The notes under the pieces are model-generated. The model searched no databases, was not told where the DNA came from, and saw only the letters and a list, made by a program, of their open reading frames with translations. A stretch of DNA of 64,000 bases from a virus: the IMG/VR virus record IMGVR_UViG_3300017779_004709, positions 1 to 64,000 of that record; one strand, given 5' to 3'. Positions within the stretch are counted from its first letter, which is position 1; each line of letters opens with the position of its first letter. This document shows, one piece after another, positions 38,525-49,605 of this stretch. Position numbers and translations under genes: made by a program.

Positions 38525-39575
38525 TGGCAAATACCTTTCTATTCTTGACGAAATAAAGAAGCACGGCGGTGAAACTAACACATCAAATCCCAATGAAAAA
38601 GTACTGATAATAGATGGCTTAAATACCTTTATTAGAGTATTCTCAGTTATACCAACTACTAATGATGATGGAATTCACATTGGTGGAATAGTTGGTTTTC
38701 TTAAATCAGTTGGTTACGCAATTAAGATGTTAGCTCCTACCCGCACTATCATTACTTTTGATGGTAAAGGTGGGAGTAACCGCCGCCGTAAACTTTATCC
38801 TGAATATAAAGCGAAACGAAGAACAGGCAAAATTAGACTCAATCGTGTAAACGATTTTGAAAATATCGAAGATGAACGACACTCAATGATGATGCAATTA
38901 TCTCGTTGTGTGGAATACTTAGAGAAGTTACCTGTAAGTATAATGTCTATTGATGGTATTGAGGCAGATGACGCTATAGGATATGTATCAAAGCAAATAT
39001 TACCAAATAGTAATGTTGTTATCATGTCCACCGATAAAGATTTCTTACAATTAGTAAATGACAGAATTTCAGTTTGGTCACCTACTAAGAAGAAGTTGTA
39101 TAATCCTGAAATGGTATTAGAGGAATATAATGTAACATCAGAAAATCTATTATTGAGTAGAGTTTTTGAAGGTGATACTTCCGATAATATAAAAGGGGTA
39201 AAAGGTATTGGTGCTAAAACCTTACTAAAACACTTTCCTGATTTAGGCACAGAAGGAAAGGTTATGTCGTATGATGATGTAATCAAAGAGGCACAGAAAC
39301 ATCAAGGAGAGAGATTTTACAATCTAATACTTGATAACCAAGACACCATAGATATTAATCACAGATTGATGCAATTATCAGATGTGGATATTAGTGGTGG
39401 TGCTAAATTAAAGATTAACCGAATAGTAAATGGTAAGATACCTGAACTGAATAAAGTAATCTTTCAGAAGATGTTTATTGAGGATAGAATGTTTGGTGCC
39501 TTACCAAATATGGATAGTTGGATAATGCAAACTTGGACTCAACTCAATAGGTTTGCTAAAATAAACAATGGGTAG
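38511..39575 (+). CDS. 5'-3' exonuclease / RNase H (FEN family)
   Basis: LIIDGLN, YPEYKAKR, EADD, STDKDFLQL, GDTSDNIKGVKGIGAKT. Confidence 0.92.
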   Translation: MVMNNGKYLSILDEIKKHGGETNTSNPNEKVLIIDGLNTFIRVFSVIPTTNDDGIHIGGIVGFLKSVGYAIKMLAPTRTIITFDGKGGSNRRRKLYPEYKAKRRTGKIRLNRVNDFENIEDERHSMMMQLSRCVEYLEKLPVSIMSIDGIEADDAIGYVSKQILPNSNVVIMSTDKDFLQLVNDRISVWSPTKKKLYNPEMVLEEYNVTSENLLLSRVFEGDTSDNIKGVKGIGAKTLLKHFPDLGTEGKVMSYDDVIKEAQKHQGERFYNLILDNQDTIDINHRLMQLSDVDISGGAKLKINRIVNGKIPELNKVIFQKMFIEDRMFGALPNMDSWIMQTWTQLNRFAKINNG

Positions 39576-39750
39576 AAAAAAGAAATATTATACCGAAAAG
39601 GAAAAACTCGAAGCCCAACGAAAGTGGCAGATGGATCACTATGAGCGCAATAAAGAGAGGATTCTAAAAAAGGCTAAAGAAAGGTATAGATTGAAAAAAC
39701 TCGAAGAACGAAGAAGGGAAAAAAGGAGAAAAATGTATGGCGACCAGTAA
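39568..39750 (+). CDS. Small basic helical protein
   Basis: MGRKKKY...YERNKERILKKAKERY. Confidence 0.55.
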   Translation: MGRKKKYYTEKEKLEAQRKWQMDHYERNKERILKKAKERYRLKKLEERRREKRRKMYGDQ

Positions 39751-41053
39751 AACAATCAATGGGGATTGTTTAGAGGAACTAAAGAAACTCGATGATAATT
39801 CAATAGATTTACTTTGTACAGATCCACCATACGGATATGGATTTATGGGGAAACATTGGGATACATTTCAAGAAAAACAATCTACCAAATCCCAAACCGT
39901 AGGTTGGATGAGTCCTGGTATGAAGAAATCCACATATGGGATGAAAGAGTTTTTTGTTCCTATTTGGGAAGAAGCATTACGAGTACTAAAACCTGGTTCA
40001 TTTTCATTCGTGATGAGTGCACCAAGAAGTGATGTTCAGATGGTTATGTTACAGACATTACAAGAGGCAGGATTTGATGTTAGTTTCACACCAATCTATT
40101 GGACATATGCTACAGGTTTTCCAAAGGCTATGAATGTTGGTAAGAAAACCGAAAAGGAAAATCTTGAAGGAAGTTACGCTGGATACCAACCAAAACCCGC
40201 TGTAGAAATCGTCATAGTCGCAATGAAACCATTAGACCAAAAAACTTATGTAGGTCAGGCACTTAATAATCAAAAAGGTGTAACTTGGTTAGATGATTGT
40301 AGAATACCATTCGGTGATATGAACGATAAAGAACAATTTGATAAAGACAATGTGGCTGGACAAGTGAACTTCGATGGTAGATACGAAAAGGATAGTGGTA
40401 AAATGTATGAAGGTGGTTGGGATAAACCTATGAGAAAAACCACCAAGAGAAAACCAAGAGAAGAAAATACGGTATTCAAGACAAGTGGATTTAAGAGTGA
40501 AGATAATGATACAGCGGAAGCATCACCATTTGGTAGATTTGCAGCAAACCTATTAATAAGTGATGATATATTAGAAAAAGATTTTAGTAGATTTTATAGT
40601 TTAGATTCGTGGTGGGAAGATAGATTGACTAAATTACCAGATGAAATTAAAAGAACATTTCCATTTTTAGCAGTTCCAAAACCAAGTAAATCAGAAAAGA
40701 ATAATGGGTTGGGTAGATTTGAAAAACAAGAAAAAATATTTAATGGTCAAAGTGATAAACCGAGTAAAGATATGAAAGGTGTGGAACAGAAATTCACAAC
40801 ACAACCATCAGCAAATAATCATCCAACCGTAAAACCAACAACCTTAATGAGCTACTTAATTACACTTGGTAGTCGTAAAGGTGATGTCGTATTAGATCCA
40901 TTCGCAGGTAGTGGAACAACAGCAATTAGTTGTGTGTTTTCAGAGCGAAATTACCTACTTATTGAAAGAGAAAAAGAGTATTATAAAATACTAAAAGCTC
41001 GAATTAAGAAGGCAGAAAATCCTGCAGGAATCGTACAACATGAGTGGTTTTAA
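39737..41053 (+). CDS. DNA amino-methyltransferase (N6A/N4C, beta class)
   Basis: TDPPY before HPTVKP and VLDPFAGSGTT. Confidence 0.9.
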   Translation: MATSKTINGDCLEELKKLDDNSIDLLCTDPPYGYGFMGKHWDTFQEKQSTKSQTVGWMSPGMKKSTYGMKEFFVPIWEEALRVLKPGSFSFVMSAPRSDVQMVMLQTLQEAGFDVSFTPIYWTYATGFPKAMNVGKKTEKENLEGSYAGYQPKPAVEIVIVAMKPLDQKTYVGQALNNQKGVTWLDDCRIPFGDMNDKEQFDKDNVAGQVNFDGRYEKDSGKMYEGGWDKPMRKTTKRKPREENTVFKTSGFKSEDNDTAEASPFGRFAANLLISDDILEKDFSRFYSLDSWWEDRLTKLPDEIKRTFPFLAVPKPSKSEKNNGLGRFEKQEKIFNGQSDKPSKDMKGVEQKFTTQPSANNHPTVKPTTLMSYLITLGSRKGDVVLDPFAGSGTTAISCVFSERNYLLIEREKEYYKILKARIKKAENPAGIVQHEWF

Positions 41054-41055
41054 AA

Positions 41056-42423
41056 ATGAGTGATAAATCAACTTTATCCCAATTCGGTCATGTCTTTCAA
41101 TCAAAGACAATATCATCTTTATTATCAGATAAGAAATTTATACAAACTATATCAGACATACTTGAACCAGAGTATTTTGATAGTGATGCCAACAAATGGA
41201 TATGTAAGGAAATAAGAGATTATTTCTTTGAGTATAAAACTCCACCAACACTTGAAGTGATGAAAGTTAAGATTGATGATATGGAGAATGAGGTTTTACA
41301 AGTTTCAGTAGTGGAGAATCTCAAGGAAGCTTGGAGAAATGTAAAATCAACTGATTTAAAATTTGTTCAAGAACAAACATTAGAGTTTTGTAAAAATCAA
41401 GTTATGAAACAGGCTATTATGAATAGTGTGGATTTGATTGAGGTTGGTCAATATGACCAAATCAAAAAACTCGTGGATAATGCTATGAAGGCTGGTTCTG
41501 ATAGAGATTTAGGACATGATTATATTATTGGAATAGAAGAAAGATTAACTCAATCATCAAGGGTTACGGTAAAAACAGGTTGGGATCCGATAGATGAGGT
41601 TATGGATGGTGGATTGGGTGCAGGAGAACTTGGAGTTGTAGTGGCACCAGCTGGTATTGGTAAGTCTTGGTGTTTACAAACAATTGGTTCTGCAGCAGTT
41701 AAAGAAGGATTGAATGTAGTTCATTATACTTTGGAGTTGAATGAGAATTATGTTGGACTTCGTTATGATACGGTTTTTAGTGGAGTTACCACATCAGATA
41801 TACAATTTTATCAAGAGGATGTCAAGAAAAAAATAGACTCACTCAAGGGAACATTACTGATTAAGTATTTCCCCACAAAAAGTGCTTCAGTTCAAACCTT
41901 AACTTCACATCTAAGTCAGATAGAAATTCAGAATCAAAAACCTGATTTAATATTAGTTGATTATGCAGATATTCTTAAAGGTGTGGGTAGTGAGAAACGG
42001 CATGTATTAGAAAATATCTACGAGGATTTAAGAGGATTAGCAGGTGAATTAGATTGTCCAATATGGACAGCCTCACAGGCAAATCGTAGTTCATTGGAAG
42101 AAGAAGTGATTGACGCTACAAAGGTCGCAGAAGCTTATAGTAAAGTAATGATAGCAGATTTTGTAGTATCGGTTAGTAGAAAAGTAGAGGATAAAATAGC
42201 AAACACAGGTAGGTTTCATGTAATAAAAAATAGATTCGGTCCTGATGGAATTACGTTTCCATCAAGTATTAATACTAATATTGGTAAGATAGATGTTTAT
42301 GAAGCCAATACACAAGATGGTCAAAGTACTCAAGGAAAAATGGATAACAGCCAAGAGTATTTGAGAAAAACTTTAGCAAACAAATATAACAATTCTCAGA
42401 AAGATACCGATGGCTTCGAATAA
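41056..42423 (+). CDS. Replicative DNA helicase (DnaB/T4 gp41-like)
   Basis: APAGIGKS, YTLEL, VDYAD, WTASQANR, KNRFG; ATG 41056 preferred. Confidence 0.92.
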   Translation: MSDKSTLSQFGHVFQSKTISSLLSDKKFIQTISDILEPEYFDSDANKWICKEIRDYFFEYKTPPTLEVMKVKIDDMENEVLQVSVVENLKEAWRNVKSTDLKFVQEQTLEFCKNQVMKQAIMNSVDLIEVGQYDQIKKLVDNAMKAGSDRDLGHDYIIGIEERLTQSSRVTVKTGWDPIDEVMDGGLGAGELGVVVAPAGIGKSWCLQTIGSAAVKEGLNVVHYTLELNENYVGLRYDTVFSGVTTSDIQFYQEDVKKKIDSLKGTLLIKYFPTKSASVQTLTSHLSQIEIQNQKPDLILVDYADILKGVGSEKRHVLENIYEDLRGLAGELDCPIWTASQANRSSLEEEVIDATKVAEAYSKVMIADFVVSVSRKVEDKIANTGRFHVIKNRFGPDGITFPSSINTNIGKIDVYEANTQDGQSTQGKMDNSQEYLRKTLANKYNNSQKDTDGFE

Positions 42424-42478
42424 AAATCTATATATATCATACTTATATGAGGTAAAGTTATGGAAAGCAAATTAAAAA

Positions 42479-44512
42479 ATGGGAGAAATCGTGAAGATGG
42501 AAAAGTTTAAGTTATCAGAAAATTTTATTAATAAGTACAAAAGAAGAAAAGCTCCCTTTGGTTTTAACGGATTAGGTGAGTTAGTTTATATGAGAACCTA
42601 TTCTCGAATCAAAGAGGATGGTAAAAATGAGAGATGGTGGGAAACCGTTCAACGAGTTGTTGAAGGTACTTACACTATGCAAAAAAATTGGATTGATTCA
42701 CATCAATTAGGGTGGAATCCGTGGCAAGCTCAAGCGTCCGCACAGGATATGTATGAGCGAATATTCACTATGAAATTCTTGCCACCCGGCCGAGGTCTTT
42801 GGGCAATGGGAACAGCCGTTACCGAAGAAAAAGGTTTGTACGCCGCCCTAAACAATTGTGCATTTGTATCAACTAAAACACTAAAAGAAGATTACTCGAA
42901 ACCATTTTGTTTCCTTATGGATGCAAGTATGTTAGGAGTGGGTGTTGGATTTGATACAAAGGGTGCTGGAGAAATAGTAGTTAAAGGAGTGGACAAGGAT
43001 AGAGATGTACAGACATTTGAAATACCTGATACTCGTGAGGGTTGGGTAGAATCTTTAAAACTACTATTAGAAGCTTACTTTCATGGTCAAGCGCCAATCG
43101 AGTTTGACTATTCAAAAGTCAGACCAGCTGGAGTACCAATCAAAGGTTTTGGTGGAGTTAGTTCAGGTCCTGAACCATTAGAAGAAGTTCATGTGGATAT
43201 CAAAGGGGTATTAGAAAAGAATAGTGGAGAACCAATTACCGTAACAACGATTGTAGACATAATGAACCTTATTGGTAAATGTGTCGTGGCAGGTAATGTA
43301 AGACGAACAGCAGAGATTGTATTTGGTGATCCTTATGATGAGGAATACTTAGATTTAAAGAATTATAAAGTAAATCCACATCGTGACCAATATGGTTGGA
43401 CTTCTAATAATTCAATATTCGCAGAACTTGGTATGGATTATACGGAAGCATCTGAAAGAATTAATGACAACGGAGAACCAGGATTTGCATGGTTAGAAAA
43501 CATGAGAAAATATTCTCGTATGAAAAATGGTGGAGATGATAAAGACCATAGAGTTATGGGTGGTAATCCTTGTTTGGAACAATCATTAGAAAGTTATGAA
43601 TTATGTTGTTTAGTAGAGACATTTCCAAATAACCACGATTCATTAGAGGACTATCAAAGAACACTTAAATATGCTTATCTGTATGCCAAATCAGTAACAT
43701 TAGGTAAGACACATTGGAGTGATACCAATCGAGTTATGTTGAGAAACAGAAGAATTGGATGTAGTGTGAGTGGAGTTGCTCAGTTTATTACTCAACGAGG
43801 ATTACACGAATTAAAAAATTGGTTAGAGGAAGGATACGACACAATACAAGAATGGGATAAGATGTATTCTGATTGGTTCGCAATTCCAAAGTCAATTAAA
43901 ACCACAAGTGTAAAACCAAGTGGAACGGTTTCGTTATTAGCAGGAGCAACACCAGGATTACACTATCCTGAATCAAGATTCTATATCAGAAGAATTAGGG
44001 TTTCAAAACATTCAGAATTATTAGAACCTATGAAAAAGGCTGGATATAAAGTTGAACCAGCTTTCGGTTCAGAGGACACAACAATGGTTGTTGAAGTTCC
44101 TGTTGATGTGGGAGAAGGAATTAGAACCGTGGGTGAGTTATCCATATGGGAACAATTCAGTTTAGCTGCATTTATGCAAAGACATTGGGCTGATAATCAA
44201 GTTAGTTGTACCGTAACATTCAATCCTGAAACAGAGGGTGAAATGATACCACAAGTATTAAACTATTTCCAATATCATCTAAAAGGTATAAGTTTATTAC
44301 CACGACATGAATTGGGTGCATATAAACAAATGCCATATGAGTCGATTGACGAAAAGGAATATAAGAAGCAAGTTAAAAAACTTGGTAAGTTATCTTTTGG
44401 GGTTATACATAAAGAAGAAGCCAATATAGAAAAGTTTTGTGATGGTGATTTTTGTGATGTAGAAATAATACCCACAACAGGAGATAATGACGACCAAGAA
44501 TATGCAAATTAA
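42479..44512 (+). CDS. nrdJ: Class II (B12-dependent) ribonucleotide reductase
   Basis: FLPPGRGLW, LNNC, GNVRRTAE, GGNPCLEQSL, TSVKPSGTVS; C-terminal CDGDFC. Confidence 0.92.
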   Translation: MGEIVKMEKFKLSENFINKYKRRKAPFGFNGLGELVYMRTYSRIKEDGKNERWWETVQRVVEGTYTMQKNWIDSHQLGWNPWQAQASAQDMYERIFTMKFLPPGRGLWAMGTAVTEEKGLYAALNNCAFVSTKTLKEDYSKPFCFLMDASMLGVGVGFDTKGAGEIVVKGVDKDRDVQTFEIPDTREGWVESLKLLLEAYFHGQAPIEFDYSKVRPAGVPIKGFGGVSSGPEPLEEVHVDIKGVLEKNSGEPITVTTIVDIMNLIGKCVVAGNVRRTAEIVFGDPYDEEYLDLKNYKVNPHRDQYGWTSNNSIFAELGMDYTEASERINDNGEPGFAWLENMRKYSRMKNGGDDKDHRVMGGNPCLEQSLESYELCCLVETFPNNHDSLEDYQRTLKYAYLYAKSVTLGKTHWSDTNRVMLRNRRIGCSVSGVAQFITQRGLHELKNWLEEGYDTIQEWDKMYSDWFAIPKSIKTTSVKPSGTVSLLAGATPGLHYPESRFYIRRIRVSKHSELLEPMKKAGYKVEPAFGSEDTTMVVEVPVDVGEGIRTVGELSIWEQFSLAAFMQRHWADNQVSCTVTFNPETEGEMIPQVLNYFQYHLKGISLLPRHELGAYKQMPYESIDEKEYKKQVKKLGKLSFGVIHKEEANIEKFCDGDFCDVEIIPTTGDNDDQEYAN

Positions 44513-44523
44513 GGAGTAAGGTT

Positions 44524-45510
44524 ATGTATAAATTGGAATATCTATGGTTGGATGGATGTACACCAACTCAAATTAGGTATAAAACAAAAGTTGTAAAAGA
44601 ACCATTAAAAGTACCTGAATGGGGATTCGATCCTATTTGGGGATTTGATGGTAGTTCTACTGAACAGGCAGATGGTGGTAGTTCTGATTGTCAATTAAAA
44701 CCAGTAAGGGTTTATCCAAATCCATTAGAAGAAGATAGTTCTATCGTATTGTGTGAAGTCTATAATGTAGACGATACACCACACAAATCTAATACGAGAA
44801 GATTATTAGAAGAAACTATACCTGATGGTATTGATGAATGGGTTGGCTTTGAACAAGAATACACATTATTTAAAAATGATAGACCATTAGGTTGGCCAGG
44901 ACATGGTGAACCAGCTCCACAAGGAGATTATTATTGTGGTAGAAATATCGGTGAAAATATTTCAAGAGAACATTTAAATGCTTGTATCAAAGCTGGTATT
45001 AGTATTTGTGGAACAAACGCAGAGGTAATGTTAGGACAATGGGAATATCAGATTGGTGCAGGTGGTTCAATCAATATGAGTGATGACTTATGGGTTGCTC
45101 GTTGGTTATTAGAAAGAATCTGTGAGAAGAATGGAGTTTCAGTATCACTACATCCAAAACCAATTGAAGGTGATTGGAATGGTGCAGGATGTCATACCAA
45201 TTTTTCTACGAAATATATGAGAGATGAAGGTGGATATATAGAAATTATAAATGCCTGTGAAAAGTTATCAAAAAATCCACAAGAACATATTGATGTGTAT
45301 GGTCAAGATAATGACAAAAGACTTACAGGAGAACATGAAACTTGTTCTATTGAAGAATTTCGTTATGGTGTTTCAGATAGAGGAGCATCTATCCGTATTC
45401 CGTGGCAGGTGGAAAGGGACGGTAAAGGTTATTTAGAAGATAGACGACCATCTTCAAATTGTGATCCATATGTGGTTTCACAAAAACTAATTCAAACAAT
45501 TTGTAGCTAA
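44524..45510 (+). CDS. glnII: Glutamine synthetase type II
   Basis: EYLWLDG, WGFDGSST, GFEQEY, NAEVMLGQWEYQIG, DWNGAGCHTNFST, RLTGEHET, GYLEDRRP. Confidence 0.93.
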   Translation: MYKLEYLWLDGCTPTQIRYKTKVVKEPLKVPEWGFDPIWGFDGSSTEQADGGSSDCQLKPVRVYPNPLEEDSSIVLCEVYNVDDTPHKSNTRRLLEETIPDGIDEWVGFEQEYTLFKNDRPLGWPGHGEPAPQGDYYCGRNIGENISREHLNACIKAGISICGTNAEVMLGQWEYQIGAGGSINMSDDLWVARWLLERICEKNGVSVSLHPKPIEGDWNGAGCHTNFSTKYMRDEGGYIEIINACEKLSKNPQEHIDVYGQDNDKRLTGEHETCSIEEFRYGVSDRGASIRIPWQVERDGKGYLEDRRPSSNCDPYVVSQKLIQTICS

Positions 45511-45569
45511 AAAGTATTAGGAATTATCAAATATTATTAGTAAGATCAAGTATAAATTAAGAGGTTATA

Positions 45570-48077
45570 TTGTACCAAAACATATATTACGAAAGTCGTA
45601 AGAATAAAGTACATATATGGGATGACAAGAGTGGTCATGTAATCGTGCCTTACAAAAGGTATGCTTATATAAAAGACGGATACGGAACTCATGTTTCCCT
45701 ATATGGTGATAGGTTAAAAAAGACATATAAGTGGGATAAATCCGTAGAAGGATTACACGAAAGTGATATTAATCCTGAAACGAGAACTCTCATTGATATG
45801 TATACTAATAGTGATGAACCATCAGTAGGTCATCGTATTATGATAATCGATATAGAGGTAGAAGTAACCGAAGGTTTCCCAAGTCCACAAAAGGCAGAAA
45901 ACAAGATTACTTCCATCGCGATTCACGATAGTGAAACCGACCATTATTGGTGTTTTGTTCTTGATGAACAAGAAAAACTGATACCAGATGAATGGGGTAA
46001 AAATGTAACCGTAGAAACTTTCAAAAAAGAGTACGAGTTACTACAAAGGTTTTACGCTAAATATTTAGAAATGCGACCAACCATTATAACAGGTTGGAAC
46101 ATAGATGGTTTTGATATTCCCTACCTTTACAATCGTTCAGCTCAGATAGTCGGTAAGAATGTTGCAGATTGTCTTTCTCCAATATCCAATGTCTATTGGA
46201 ATAAATACAGAGAACGATTTATGATAGCAGGTGTGAGTTGCTTAGATTACTTAGCCCTATATAAAAACTTTACATTTAGTTCAAAACCATCATATCGATT
46301 GGACGATATCGGTGCCTCAGAGGTTGGAACAAATAAAATTTCATACGAAGGAACACTAAATGACCTATACGAGAATCACTTAAATGACTTTGTGAAATAT
46401 AACATTCACGATGTTAGGATTGTTAAGAAGTTAGATGATAAGTTAGACTTTATTGATGTCGCTCGAGGGATTTGTCATGTAGGTCATGTTCCATATGAAG
46501 ATATACAATATGACTCTCGATTTTTGGAAGGGGCTATATTGGTGTACCTGAAAAAACTCGGAGTTGTAGCTCCAAACAAGACACCACGAGATGATGTGAA
46601 GAAAGATGGTAAATTCACAGGAGCTTATGTACAGGACCCACAAAAAGGAAAACACGATTGGGTTTATGATTTGGATATTACGAGTATGTATCCGTCAATC
46701 ATTATGAGTTTAAATATATCACCTGAAACTAAGATTGGTAAAATCGAAGGGTGGAGTCCAAAGGAGTTTATTGCTGGTAGAAATAAAACCTACTCTATTA
46801 TTATGAATGGTAAGAAAAAAGGACAATTTACCGAAACAGAATTAAAAGATTTCTTTGATAAGAATCAAGTATCTGTATCTAACAATGGTATCATATACAG
46901 AACAGATAAACAAGGATTAATTCCAACTCTATTATCAGAGTGGTTTGATAAACGAAAAGAGTTTAGAAAACTAGCAAAGAAGTTCGGTGATGCTGGAGAT
47001 GACGACCAATATGGATACTTCAATAGACGACAACACATTCAGAAGATTGTGTTGAACTCCATGTATGGTGTTTTGGGTTTACCTGTATTTAGGTTTTACG
47101 ATTTGGATAACGCTGAAGCCACCACAAAGACAGGCCAAGAGTTAATTAAATTCACAAAGAAAATTGGTAATCATTTCTACAATAAAGAGTTGGGAACAGA
47201 AAAGGACTATTGTATCTATATTGATACAGATTCAGTTTTCTATTCAGCAGTTCCTTTAATTGAACATAGATTTCCAAATCAAGAGTTAAGTGATGTTATG
47301 AAAACTCAACGGATTAATGAGATAGCTACAGAAGTACAGAAATATCTAAACGATAGTTATCATTACTTCGCCAAGAAGTTCTGTAATCTTGATGTTCATA
47401 GATTTGAGATTAAACAAGAAATTGTAGCTAAGGCTGGTTTGTTCATTGTGAAGAAAAGATATGGTATGAAGATTATATCGGATAATGGTGTTCAAGTTAA
47501 TAAAACTATGGTAAAGGGTTTGGATACGGTTCGTAGTAACTTCGCCCCATTGTTCAGAAAACTATTGTCTGATGTGTTGGATGATATTCTGGCAAGTGTT
47601 CCAAAGGATAAAATAGATCATAGGATAACAAGATTTAAGAAGAATATGAAATACAACGAACTCGATGATATCTCATCACCAACAGGTGTCAAGGGAATAT
47701 GGAAGTATATGGAAAAGAAGGACAAGGAAAATAGTTCAGTATTTACCACATTCAAAAAAGGGTGTCCTGTTCATGTAAAAGCAGCAATAGCATATAATGA
47801 TTTGGTTAGGTATTTTAAACAAGATAAGAAATATCAATTCATCAATAATGGTGATAAGATTCGTTGGGTGTATTTGAAGAACAATACATTAGGATTAAAT
47901 GCAGTTGCTTACAAAGGACACGAGGACCCACCTGAAATAATGGAATTTATAAATAAAAATATTAACCATGATAAGATATATGGACAGGCACTAACCAAAA
48001 AGTTACAAATGTTCTATGATTGTTTGGATTGGGGAAAGCCAGTAGATGAAGAACAGAGTATCGAAAGGTTTTTTTAG
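45570..48077 (+). CDS. polB: Family B DNA polymerase
   Basis: Exo DIEV, GWNIDGFDIPY, YNIHDV; Pol DITSMYPS, KIVLNSMYG, YIDTDS, KKRY. Confidence 0.95.
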   Translation: MYQNIYYESRKNKVHIWDDKSGHVIVPYKRYAYIKDGYGTHVSLYGDRLKKTYKWDKSVEGLHESDINPETRTLIDMYTNSDEPSVGHRIMIIDIEVEVTEGFPSPQKAENKITSIAIHDSETDHYWCFVLDEQEKLIPDEWGKNVTVETFKKEYELLQRFYAKYLEMRPTIITGWNIDGFDIPYLYNRSAQIVGKNVADCLSPISNVYWNKYRERFMIAGVSCLDYLALYKNFTFSSKPSYRLDDIGASEVGTNKISYEGTLNDLYENHLNDFVKYNIHDVRIVKKLDDKLDFIDVARGICHVGHVPYEDIQYDSRFLEGAILVYLKKLGVVAPNKTPRDDVKKDGKFTGAYVQDPQKGKHDWVYDLDITSMYPSIIMSLNISPETKIGKIEGWSPKEFIAGRNKTYSIIMNGKKKGQFTETELKDFFDKNQVSVSNNGIIYRTDKQGLIPTLLSEWFDKRKEFRKLAKKFGDAGDDDQYGYFNRRQHIQKIVLNSMYGVLGLPVFRFYDLDNAEATTKTGQELIKFTKKIGNHFYNKELGTEKDYCIYIDTDSVFYSAVPLIEHRFPNQELSDVMKTQRINEIATEVQKYLNDSYHYFAKKFCNLDVHRFEIKQEIVAKAGLFIVKKRYGMKIISDNGVQVNKTMVKGLDTVRSNFAPLFRKLLSDVLDDILASVPKDKIDHRITRFKKNMKYNELDDISSPTGVKGIWKYMEKKDKENSSVFTTFKKGCPVHVKAAIAYNDLVRYFKQDKKYQFINNGDKIRWVYLKNNTLGLNAVAYKGHEDPPEIMEFINKNINHDKIYGQALTKKLQMFYDCLDWGKPVDEEQSIERFF

Positions 48078-48787
48078 TGAACACGGAAGAAATAAAAAAA
48101 TTAGTAAAAACTCATGTGGATATTACTGATAAAGAATTAGATGATTTAGATAGGGAAACTAATTTCGAGGGGGTTTTAACTAAAAGAAAACCTAAGACAA
48201 TTATTACCAAATACAATACCACAGATAATATTAATGAATACGGATATAGGTCAGATTCATTTGATGATGATACAGATGGTTTTATGTTTTTGGGATGTTC
48301 GCTAACAGCAGGAGTTGGATTAGAGGAACACGAAACATGGCCTTGGATGGTGGGAAAACATTTTGATGTGAGGGTTTGGAATCTATCCCAAAATGGTAGG
48401 GGAGATGATTTATGTTTTATGAATGCTGTTAGGTGGATTCCAAAATTAAAACCTAAAGTTGTTAGTGTTCTACTTCCAACAGCAGGTAGATTTCAATTCT
48501 TCGACTATGATAACGATAAATTATCTAACGAATTTTATATATACAATTTACCCAAGAAACCTAAGTTCCCTTGGCTGTATAATTCTAAGCATTTATATCT
48601 ATCAGTATTAAAAAATGTCATGGGAATTAAATTGATTTGTGATGAATATAATATACCTTTTATAGTAGAATCTTCTACTGAAATTTTGGATTGGCCAGAT
48701 AAAGCAAGAGATGACTCACATCCAGGCCCTAAGTGGCAAAAAATAGTATCTAATTTATATATAGAAAGTATAGAAAGGTTCTTCTAA
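48077..48787 (+). CDS. SGNH/GDSL-like hydrolase or acyltransferase
   Basis: FLGCSLTAG, NLSQNG, ARDDSHPG. Confidence 0.7.
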   Translation: MNTEEIKKLVKTHVDITDKELDDLDRETNFEGVLTKRKPKTIITKYNTTDNINEYGYRSDSFDDDTDGFMFLGCSLTAGVGLEEHETWPWMVGKHFDVRVWNLSQNGRGDDLCFMNAVRWIPKLKPKVVSVLLPTAGRFQFFDYDNDKLSNEFYIYNLPKKPKFPWLYNSKHLYLSVLKNVMGIKLICDEYNIPFIVESSTEILDWPDKARDDSHPGPKWQKIVSNLYIESIERFF

Positions 48788-48788
48788 A

Positions 48789-49583
48789 ATGTTTAAACTT
48801 GCCTATTTAAATGGTTGTAGTTTTGTGGATGGATTTAAAGGACTTGATGATTCAATTGTTAAAACAGAACTTGATATTAAAAAAATTATTAATAATGCTT
48901 CACATGGATGTGGTAATGATAAAATCAGAAGGACAACGATAGATTTTCTTTTAAAGAATAAAAATTTGTGGGAAGATTTATTGGTTGTGATTGGTTGGAC
49001 TCAATTTACACGATTTGAATTGTGGGATGAGTTTAAAAACAAGAATGGGAAAGAATCATCAAGTTTTATACAGTTGAATTCTAAATTAGTACACAATAAA
49101 AAAAAGAGTACTGATTTTTTAGAACGAATGGATTCATCTCAAGCTTTTCCTTCTCCAGAAAAGTCACTAATTAGATTTGGTCTGAAAAAAGATATTCATG
49201 GTAATGATATGTCAGATAAGTTTTGGAAGTGGTTTATGGTAAGACATTACAATGTTAGAGACAGATATGATAAATATTTAGATAACATTTTGTATTTACA
49301 GATGTTTTTAAAGACTAATAATATTAAGTATGTGATGTTTGATAGTTTATGGAGTATAAACGAAACTAAGTTATCAGATAAGTACAAATTTAAATATAAT
49401 GAAATAGATTTTGATAGATGGGTGTGGGGTGATGATAAAACGAGTTGGTCAGAATACCTAACTGATATAGATCCATCTCATACCGAAACAAGAATCAGTA
49501 ATACTGATGACCATCCAAACGAAAATGGTCAAAAAATATGGCTTAAAATTATATCTAATAAGGTAAAAGAATTATATGAATAA
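48789..49583 (+). CDS. SGNH/GDSL-like protein
   Basis: NGCSF, GCGNDKI, IGWT, DDHPNENG. Confidence 0.7.
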   Translation: MFKLAYLNGCSFVDGFKGLDDSIVKTELDIKKIINNASHGCGNDKIRRTTIDFLLKNKNLWEDLLVVIGWTQFTRFELWDEFKNKNGKESSSFIQLNSKLVHNKKKSTDFLERMDSSQAFPSPEKSLIRFGLKKDIHGNDMSDKFWKWFMVRHYNVRDRYDKYLDNILYLQMFLKTNNIKYVMFDSLWSINETKLSDKYKFKYNEIDFDRWVWGDDKTSWSEYLTDIDPSHTETRISNTDDHPNENGQKIWLKIISNKVKELYE

Positions 49584-49605
49584 TAATGTCAAAGATTTTT
49601 TTGAT

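Noticed and set aside
42479-48077. Inteins or introns in RNR or PolB
   Set aside because: Lengths are normal and no splice-junction or LAGLIDADG motifs were seen
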